A DNA stretch of 64,000 nucleotides, from NCBI RefSeq assembly GCF_004010195.1, contig NC_057711.1, positions 76,904,685 through 76,968,684 of the forward strand, given 5' to 3'. Below the pieces are notes generated by a model. The model saw nothing but the letters and a program-made list of their open reading frames with translations. It did not search any database and was not told the origin of the DNA. A program made the translations under genes and the position numbers. Source of the stretch: Chiloscyllium plagiosum. Taxonomy: Eukaryota. Shown in pieces: positions 55,027 to 64,000 of the stretch; within the stretch, counting starts at the first letter, position 1, and every line of letters begins with the position of its first letter.

Positions 55027-56914
55027 CTTCCTCTTTACAATGAACCAAGATTTTAGATAAAATTCGCAATGCTTGCTGTTACCTTTTTATCCCAACAACA
55101 AACCTATCTTTGAAGTTAGCAAGTGGATTCAAATTACAGGAAATGAAAGCAAATAATTCATGACACTTTACCCGAAACACGGTCTTTTCTCTTTCCCCAC
55201 CCACAAAAGAAACTATCTGCAGCCAATCAGCTTGAAGGATTAAATGAATGAAAGGAAGAAAGAAGCTTCAGCTTTAGACAATGGGCCACAATACAACCAT
55301 GCAGCTGGTACATGACCAGCAGCAAGCACAGACTGAACAGTAAAGTGACATATTTATATTACTCCCCTAACATCAACTCGTTTTGCATAGTGGACTCAAA
55401 CATTGTCTGCAAATTTCGCATAGCACATTAAGAAAAAATTTTGTGCTTTGCTTTTTACAGTTGACCTTCAATTATCTGCATAATACAGTCAACAAAAATG
55501 ATGTGGAAATTATTTTCACACGCTAGACTAAGCCCACGTCTGAAATCCATGTGATCATATGCTTGAGTCATTCTGCACTGACTTATACCAGTTAAGTGGT
55601 TCTCAGAAAGATACTTCATCGGGAATTCTATTGTTGGTACTCTACATGCAAAGGACAATACTTTCTCATTAAATCTTGGTGGTCTATTATAATCCAGCAT
55701 ATAAAGCTACACACATAACGGCTTTACAAACATAATACCAAAAATATTAACATCTGTTTCAGATAAAATAAGCTACCTTTAACAAACTACTTCAAATGCA
55801 GTGTGCAATTTACTTGTGAATCTGTAAAGAATCTAACAGAACTTTGAAAATAAAAGTATTTAATATATGATGTAGTAGCTACATTTAATAGAAGCAGAAA
55901 GCACTGATAGTTGCTTGCAGTTCATTGTGAGTAGGAACAAATAAATGTGAATATTTTCAGCTTCTGTTTATCCAAACACCAATATTAAACAAAAATCTAT
56001 TAAATCCCTTACCTTTTAAAGAGGTGGACTATCTTGTCACTAAAATATATTGTATTCGTTACTTTAATCTCTGCATCCTATGTGCATCTCATTTCCAAAC
56101 AGATCTTCCATTTTACACTGCTGATCACATGACTGATGACACATCAAAACACAGATGATCACCTGCTTCCCAATATCTCTTCAAGAAGAGCAGAGCAGTT
56201 TTGAGTTCAATGATGGATCAGAGAATGATGAGAATTTATCAAAGGCTGGTCTCTGCTTTAAGGGGCTTATTTTATAAAATTCCTAAAAGAAAACTAGTCC
56301 GTGAAGCAGAGCCTTCACAAAGGGCTATGCATGCGATAGAAATAAAACTGTAACGTGACCAACACCACAGGTATTTGATTGGGAAAACTGTAATTGCAAT
56401 ACACAGGTACTTGAATTTAGCTTTGTTACATATACTCACATGAGTACAATGAAATGTTTGCAAGTCACCACATTACTGCATTATCTTAGATACAAAGGGA
56501 CTTGGATACGGATTCTTGAGTACAAATTCTTAGGGAAAACAAATTAGGGAAAAAGAAATTAAAGTCCAGCATTACAGACCTTCAAAAATACAAAATCATA
56601 GTAATAAATTAGAAAAATAAAGAAATAAAAAGTTCAGAATAACATTCTTTCCACAATAATATAATAAAGAAAAAAGATGAAATTTTAGGAAAGAGAATAC
56701 AAGATAAAGTCCACACAGCCCCTTTCACAGCTCTGGGCGCGAGGACCCGAACCCAGCACGATGCTGAAGAAAATTCAGCATGGAATCACAGACTGCGTGA
56801 AGTTGCCATAGGGAGGCCCAGACTGACTGGTTTACTCTTTACTGTGTTAGACATACTTAAAGCAGGGGCCTGCTTGGAGAGGAACTTCCTTTTGATTTGA
56901 TTTATTTACTTCAT

Positions 56915-57170
56915 TTTCCCTGTGCCTGCATGGGTTTCCTCTGGATGATCCAGTTCCCCCTTTGTTCAAAATTGTGCAGCTTGGGTCATTTGGCCATTCT
57001 AAATTGCCCATAGTGTTCAAGGGTGTGCAGGCTAGGTGGACTAGCCATGGGGAATGCAGGGTTACAAAGTTAGGGAAGAAGGGTGGGTCTGGGTGGGATG
57101 CTCTTCAGTGGGTCAGTGTAAACTCAACGGGCCAAATGGCCTACTTCCACGCTGTAGGGATTCTATGACT
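56915..57170 (+). mobile_element. HE1 SINE, 5'-truncated
   Basis: ctgcatgggtttcctctgg...ggccattctaaattgcccatagtg...ctgtagggattctatgac. Confidence 0.8.
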
Positions 57171-57594
57171 GAACAGCTACAAATGACTCTTATACCACGT
57201 GAGCCAAGCACTGATCATGTCTACCAGAATGAAGCCAATTATTGCCTCTTGAAATTCAACGGTATTACAATCACTGAATCCATCATCATCAACAAAGCAG
57301 GCTCACCATTGAACAGAAACATAACTGCAGCCATTTACATACTGCAAATATCAGAGCAGGCTAAAAACATCACATCGAAGAATTCACCACCTGAGGTGAA
57401 TTTGCCATTCGCACATTTGCCATTTACAAGGCACAATTCAGGTGACGTACTCCCCACTTGTCCAGATGAAGGTAATGCAAATGAATCTCAACGTGATCGA
57501 CACCATCAGGAAAAAGTAGAACGCTTGACTAACTTTGTATCCATCACCATAAACATTCATGCTCTTCACTATCAGCATTTGAATGGCAAATTAA

Positions 57595-58576
57595 ATTGTT
57601 TATTGTAAAGAGAAAATAAATCCATTTTGTTACAATGGATGCTGCTGAAACCATATCTGGAGAACTGTGTACAGTTTTGGTCTCCCTACAGTACTTGAGA
57701 AAGAGCATAATAGTATTACAAACAGTTCTTAAAAAGTATCACTTGAATTATTTCTGGAATAAGAGGATTATCTTAAGAGGAAAAGTTGGACGTGTTGGCC
57801 TGTATCCATTTGAGTTTAGAAGAATTAAAGGTGATCTAATTGAAACATATACTAGATCATGTAGGGAATTAACAAGGCAAATGTTGAGAAGATATTTTTC
57901 TTTGTGGAAGAGATTAAATCTAAAGGACATGATTTAAAAATAAGTGGTTTCTCATTTAACACAAGATGAGGGGATCATTGTTCTGACTGAAGGTCTTTGG
58001 GGATCTGTGGACTTTGTTTCCCCAGAGTGCACTGCAGGCATGTTCACTGAACATTTCTGAGGCTGAGGTAGATGGATCCTTGATTGACCAGAGAGTTAAG
58101 GAGTATGGGAGTATTTAGGAGTGCAGAATGGAGGCCACAATCAGATCAGTCAAGAAGCCGACATTTGCTCCTAATTTGAATGCTCCAAAGCACATAGGGG
58201 CAACAGTGTGTACTATAGACTGGGACCTTTTTTTTGCCTAGCAGCCTAGAAGGCTGAAGGGTGGCATTATAGACGTTTATAAAATCATGAGGGAAATAGA
58301 TAACGTGAATAGCTAAGGTCTTACCTCCAGGGTACAGATTTATAGAATTAAGGTGAAAAGGAAAAGATTTAAAAAGGACATGACGGGCAAACTTTTCACA
58401 GAGGGTGATGTGTATGTAGAACAATCTTCCAGAGGAAGTGGTAGAGGCGAGTACAATTAAAACATTTAAAAGATGTTTACAGGTACATGTATAGGAGAGG
58501 TTAAGAGGAATGTTGGCCAAATGCAGGCAAATAAGACTCATTCAGTTTAGAATGCCTGGTCAACATGGATGTATTG
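57595..58576 (+). mobile_element. Two CR1 3' fragments; the second is split by the PLE and resumes at 60011-60060
   Basis: GLYPFEFRRIKGDLIETY; the tail ccatgctgtatgactctat appears after the PLE. Confidence 0.75.
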
Positions 58577-60010
58577 GTGTGGTTCTGTTCGCCGAGCTGG
58601 GAATTTGTGTTGCAGACGTTTCGTCCCCCGTCTAGGTGACATCCTCGGTACTTGGGAGCCTCCTATGAAGCGCTTCTGTGATGTTTCCTCTGGCATTTAG
58701 AGTGATTTGTATCTGCCGCTTCCGGTTGTCAGTTCCAGCTGTCCGCTGCAGTGGCCGGTATATTGGGTCTAGGTCGATGTGCTTATTGATTGAATCTGTG
58801 GATAAGTGCCATGTCTCTAGGAATTCCCTGGCTGTTCTCTGTTTGGCTTGTCCTATAATATTAGTGTTGTCCCAGTCGAACTCATGTTGCTCGTCATTTG
58901 ATACTAAGGATAGCTGGTCATGTTGTTTCGTGGCAAGTTGGTGTTCATGGATGCGGATCGTTAGCTGTCTTCCTGTTTGTCCTATGTAGTCCTTGCATGG
59001 GATTTTGTACACTATATTGGTTTTGCTCATGCTGGGTATTGGGTCCTTCGTCCGGGTGAGTTGTTGTCTGAGAGTGGCTGTTGGTTTGTATACTGTTATG
59101 AATCCTAGTGGTCGCAGTAGTCTGGCTGTCAGTTCAGAAATGTTTTTGATGTATGGTAGTGTGGCTAGTCCTTGGGTTGTGGCATGTCCTCATTCTGTTG
59201 TCTTTCCCTTAGGCATCTGTTGCTCGGGTATCCATTTTTGGCAAATACATTGTACAGGTGTTCTTCTTCCTCTTTTTGCAGTTCTGGTGTACTGCAGTGT
59301 GTTGTGGCCCTTTTGAACAGTGTCTTGATGCAACTTTCTGTGTGTGTGTTGGGTTGGTTGCTTTCGTAGTTCAGGACTTGGTCTGTGTGTGTGGCTTTCC
59401 TGTATACCTTTGTGGTGAATTCTCCATTCAGTGTTCTCTGTACCATCACGTCTAGGAATGGGAGTTGGTTGTCTCTCGTGAATCGGATTCCTGTGAGTGT
59501 GGCGTTGATGATCCGGTGTGTGTTCTCTATTTCTGTGTTTTTAATGATTACAATGTAGTGTACAAAATCCCATGCAAGGACTGCACAAAACACTACATAC
59601 GACAAACAGGAAGACAGCTAACGATCCGCATCTATGAACACCAACTAGCCACAAAACGACGCGACCAGCTATCCTTAGTAGCCACACACTCAGATGACAA
59701 GCAACATGAGTTCGACTGGGACAACACTAATATTATAGGACAAGCCAAACAGAGAACAGCCAGGGAATTCCCAGAGGCATGGCACTCATCCACAGACTCA
59801 ATCAATAAGCACATCGACCTGGACCCAATATACCGGCCATTGCAGCGGACAGCTGGAACTGACAACCGGAAGCGGCAGATACAAATCACTACAAATGCCG
59901 GAGGATGTCACCTAGACAGGAGACGAAACGTCTGCAACACAAATTCCCAGCTCGGCGAACAGAACCATAACAACGAGCACCCTAGCTACAAATCTTCTCC
60001 CAAACTTTGA
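58577..60010. mobile_element. Penelope-like element (family C), inverted arrangement: minus-strand RT/GIY-YIG arm plus plus-strand GIY-YIG arm, 13-bp TSD
   Basis: LPFLDVMV...VYRKATHTDQVLNY; NIVYKIPCKDYIGQTGRQLTIRIHEH on both strands; atggatgtattgg repeated at 58565 and 60011. Confidence 0.92.
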
Positions 60011-60510
60011 ATGGATGTATTGGGCCAAAGGGACTATTTCCATGCTGTATGACTCTATATGCAAGATAAACTAACAGAACTTGCAAAGACTCTTTCAAAA
60101 CCTGCACTCTTACATCCTAGAACAACAAAAACATCAAAAAGATTAATCTTCTGCTTGTTACATAATGCTTTAAATTGGAACCTATACTGTTGTTTGTTGA
60201 TTTGACAAACTCGTGGCACTCCCTGCCTAACACCACTGTGGGTGGACCTATGTGACATGGACTAGGAACTATACATGTGTTCTTGAGGTTCCTTGAACAG
60301 TATCCCTCTAAACGTTGGCAGAGGAGTGACTCATGTCTTAGGTGGGTGTTGAAACAGTAAGACAAAGTAAATAACTTGCAAGATGTGGGTTACTCTGTAC
60401 AAAGAACAGAAAATTGTCTAGCCTACTTCAAAGAGAAACATGGGAGTTACTGCCAAGTTTGTTATTATCAAATGGTTCTGCAAAACACCTTCAAGATCTG
60501 TACACTTGGT

Positions 60511-60675
60511 GTCAAAAAGTTGGTGCTCGAAAAGCTCAGCTGGTCAGGCAGCATCCGAGGAGCAGGAGAGTCGATATTACATTAGGAATGATGAAGAGGT
60601 TATGCTCGAAACGTCGATTCTCCTGCCCCTCGGAAGCTGCCTGATCTCTAGCACCTGTAGTCCTCTCTTTCTCCC
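60511..60675. mobile_element. Short family A fold-back insertion
   Basis: tcaggcagcatccgaggagcaggagagtcga is inverted against tcgattctcctgcccctcggaagctgcctga; imperfect flanking repeat acacttg(g/t)tg. Confidence 0.7.
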
Positions 60676-60737
60676 ACACTTGTTGGATTTAGGTGATATG
60701 GTGGTTTTTCAGTGTTTGACTTAATTCTTGCTTAAAA

Positions 60738-61560
60738 TGTGTTGCTGGAAAAGCGCAGCAGGTCAGGCAGCATCCAAGGAACAGGAGAATCGACGTTTCG
60801 GGCATAAGCCCTTCTTCAGGAATGAGGAAAGTGTGTCCAGCAGGCGAAGATAAAAGGTAGGGAGGAGGGACTTGGGGGAGGGGCGTTGGAATTGCGATAG
60901 GTGGAGGGAGGTCAAGGTGAGGGTGATAGGCCGGAGTGGGGTGGGGGCGGAGAGGTCAGGAAGAAGATTATTATGTTCTGTTAATCTTTGTTCATTCATA
61001 CCATAGGTTCATACGAAGTTTCATAATCGACAGGCACATGCTCCTGGCAGTGACACCTCCTGTCTTAGCTTCTCATACGATGGCAACACCCTGGCCTCAC
61101 GTGGTGGTATGTGTCTGTTTCTGTACATATAAATATGTGCCTCGTAAGTACTGCGCAAGTGTTGCACCTCCTGCGGTTGCAAGGGAAGGTGCCGGGGGTG
61201 GAGGTTGGGTCGGTGGGGGGTGTGGGTCTGACAAGGGAGTCGCGGAGGGAGTGGTCTCTACGGAAGGCTGATAGGGGAGGGGAGGGGAATATATCCTTGG
61301 TGCTGGGGTCTGTTTGGAGGTGGCGGAAGTGACGGCGGATGATGCGCTGTACATGGAGGTTGGTGGGGTGGTAGGTGAGGACCAGTGGGGTTCTGTCCTG
61401 GTGGCGGTTGGAGGGGCGGGGCTCAAGGGCGGAGGAGCAGGAAGTGGAAGAGATGCAGTGGAGGGCATCGTCGACTACGTCTGGCGGGAAATTGCGGTCC
61501 TTGAAGAAGGAGGCCATCTGGGTTGTACGGTTTTGGAACTGGTCCTCCTGGGAGCAGATG
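60738..61560 (-). mobile_element. Penelope-like family A element, young, 5'-truncated, with an intact-core hammerhead
   Basis: ICSQEDQFQNRTTQMASFFKDRNFPP...PGTFPCNRRRCNTCA; CpG-rich; terminus at 60738-60830. Confidence 0.88.
60787..60826 (-). ncRNA. Minimal type-I hammerhead ribozyme motif
   Basis: AUUC-CUGAAGA-A-GGGC(UUAU)GCCC-GAAA-CG-UC-GAUU. Confidence 0.6.
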
Positions 61561-62499
61561 CTTAGACATTTTTCAAACTCTTTTGGCAAAACGTAAGTTG
61601 TGAATCAACTACTCAAACTTTCAGTTGTGTTAGTACCTGTCATATTGAACATGGATACATTTATTGCCTAAATGCTGTCTATTGCCTAAAATATTTCAAT
61701 TCAAAGAAATCAACACGTACACATTCCACTATTTCTTGGGTTTGATTATGAAATGAAAGGAATCCTGCTTGGATCATTTCTCCTTCAGAGAGATAACTTT
61801 TCACCAATATGTCAATATGCCTATCTACCTTTGGATACCAAAATAATTCTTGTTACTGTTTTCATTGCAGCAATAGCTGTGCGCTGCTCAAGTTCCTTGA
61901 ACAGTTTATCTATAAACAGTTGCAGAATACTGACTCTTGAATACCAAAGGAGATAAGCTTAATCTGCACCATCTCAGATTTCTTTCTCTCCTTGCAGTCA
62001 CAGCTGCAGTGCTATCAACAATGAAAATAAAATGCAAACCTCTGACTTTATTTCTACTGTGGACACTGGACTTACATCTCCAGCCCAATAACTCTCGTCG
62101 TCCATGTTTTTGCTGGCACTCTGACCTTCTGCTCAATAATATCAGCTTCTATTTCCATATCTAACAGAGAAGGTGGTATAACAAAATGTTAAGCTCTTAC
62201 AATATACAACAATCCCATTTTCTTATGAATAGCTTATACTTTTAATCATGTCTCTGATTATCTCTTCCTTGGTTTATTTTATGATACATGTACACAATCA
62301 TGCTGAGACAAAGATCTGATTTTTTTTGTATATTTGATTTGATTTTCTCCCTTTATAACATAATATTGAAAATGTCTTCATACTTTGTTTGAATTCTTCT
62401 TTGAGGACTCTAAGATGATTGAATTAGTTTTAGATCTAACATAGCCTTGACCTGATACATAACTGGAGCATTACTACTTCCTCTACTCCACTACTGGGA

Positions 62500-62858
62500 C
62501 TGGCACATGGTTAGTGGTTAGCACTGTTGCCCCACAGTGCCAAGGACACGGGGTTGGATTCCACCTCAGGCAACCGTCTGTGTGGAATTTGCACATTCTA
62601 CTAGTGTCTGCATGGGTTTCTTCTGGGTCCTCCAGTTTTTTCCCCACAGTCCAAAGATTAGTGCAGGTTAGGGGGTTTGGCCATGCTAAATTGCCCATTG
62701 TGTCCAAGGATGTCAAGGTAAATGCTGTAGGTTTACAGGGATAGGGTACGTGAGACGGTGCGGGCGGAGGGGGGATCTGGGTGGGATGCTCTTTGGAGGG
62801 TTGGTGTGGCTTCGATGGGCTGAATGTCCTGCTTCCACTCTGTAGGGATTCTATGATT
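62500..62858 (+). mobile_element. HE1 (V-SINE), full length
   Basis: A-box-like tggttagtggttagc, B-box-like ggttggattcc, V domain tgtgtggaatttgcacattc, tail ctgtagggattctatgattc. Confidence 0.88.
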
Positions 62859-63149
62859 CCTGCATGCTGTTTGGATATGCCCGATTTTCCCACAGGCATA
62901 GCAGTTTGGCTTGAACTGGAAAGGTTGATTTCTAATATTACTCTATACCAACAGTGACAGGAAAGTTTCTTTAATTTTTGAATTTATTCTGTGATAATCT
63001 CACTTGCTCATTAGTATCAGCACACCCCTTAGTGCTCGGGTCTCACAAGCAATCCTGGTTACACGTTGCATAAACAGCATCAAGCATCATGATTTGAAAT
63101 CGTATACTCTATCCCACTGGATCAGCTATAAATTCTGTGGCTACAAGAC

Positions 63150-63735
63150 CAGGTCAGAAGCTTGGCATTCCACGGTGAGTAAGTTACCTCTTGGTTCCTC
63201 AGATCTTGTCCACCATCTACAAGGCACATTCAGGAGTGTAATGGAATACTGTCCAATGGCCTGGATGAATGCAGCTTCAATAACATTCAAGAAGTTCAAA
63301 ACTATCCAGAACAAAGGTACCAATGCCATTGACACCCATCCACCATCTTATGCATGTGGTACTTCCACAATCACCAAACTGTGGAAGCATTGTATACCAG
63401 CTACAAGGTGACTAACCAAGACTACTCCAACAGCACCTTCCAAACCTGTAACCTACACAACCAGGAAGGACAAGGGCTGCATGAGCATGCGAGTATTGCT
63501 GCCACTTATAAGATTGGCTTCAAGTCACACACCATCCCAACTTGGAACTATATTACTTTTTCCTTTACTGTCACTGGGTCAAAATTCTGGAACTCCATTC
63601 CTAACAACAAAGTGGTTATTCTCAACTCTCATTGGCTACAAATTTCAAGAAGGTGGTCCATAACTACCTTCTCAAGGACATTTAAGGATAGTCAATAAAT
63701 ACTAGTGTAGTCATGGACGAACACATCCTGTTGAC
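63150..63735 (+). mobile_element. LINE 3' fragment
   Basis: (Y)KAxxRSVMEYCP-type motif and the shared tail ccttctcaaggacatttaaggatagtcaataaat. Confidence 0.7.
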
Positions 63736-64000
63736 AACTAATAAAGAAATGAATCCCCTGCAACGTAAGTGTTAAGTGATGTTAATCAGTAATGCTGATT
63801 ACATTGTACTGACCATTATGAGCGTGAATTTTAAATGTTGCCTGCATTATTTTGAATGTGCATGGGCTAATAACACCTCACAAATCCTGTGCCTGTTTTT
63901 GGGTTTACTAAAAGTTTAGACCATTGTATTTTATCAGTTTTAATTTGTTTCTCCTGTTGAATTTATATTGTACAAAATAAGTTGCAGCTAAACTGTATGC

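Noticed and set aside
57054..57608. 184-aa ORF
   Set aside because: Spans a HE1 SINE tail and a decayed LINE fragment; a chance open frame.
62500..62580. tRNA gene
   Set aside because: The A/B-box-like sequence is the head of a HE1 SINE, not a complete cloverleaf.
1..64000. CRISPR array, prokaryotic operon, or intact autonomous transposon
   Set aside because: No regularly spaced repeat-spacer array is present, the DNA is eukaryotic and intronic, and all TE ORFs are truncated or frameshifted.

Overview
Vertebrate genomic DNA, almost certainly from a shark: it carries HE1/V-SINEs, Deu-domain SINEs, HER1/CR1 LINEs and Penelope-like elements. There are three N gaps. The window lies in the 3' part of a minus-strand PRUNE2 (BMCC1/BNIPXL) gene. 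Four phase-compatible GT-AG exons were found (42252-42173, 34481-34260, 22344-22168, 3832-3730). They splice into ...[36 protein letters not shown]...[13 protein letters not shown]...[65 protein letters not shown](L), which is the BNIP2-family N-terminal region plus the start of the BCH domain. The rest is intron, largely filled with decayed retroelements and one Tigger/pogo DNA transposon relic. The most notable observations are: (1) several distinct Penelope-like families, each carrying a minimal type-I hammerhead ribozyme motif and inserted as fold-back structures with 11-15 bp target-site duplications; (2) a local duplication that preserves both the filled and the empty version of one such insertion; (3) an in-frame alternative 5' splice site that would remove exactly the kinesin-light-chain-binding ELEWED motif; (4) a candidate internal promoter/first exon with an RFX X-box for a short isoform; (5) inverted CR1 copies bracketing a BCH exon. 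Repeat boundaries were read by eye and are approximate, and family names come from recognition rather than database searches.
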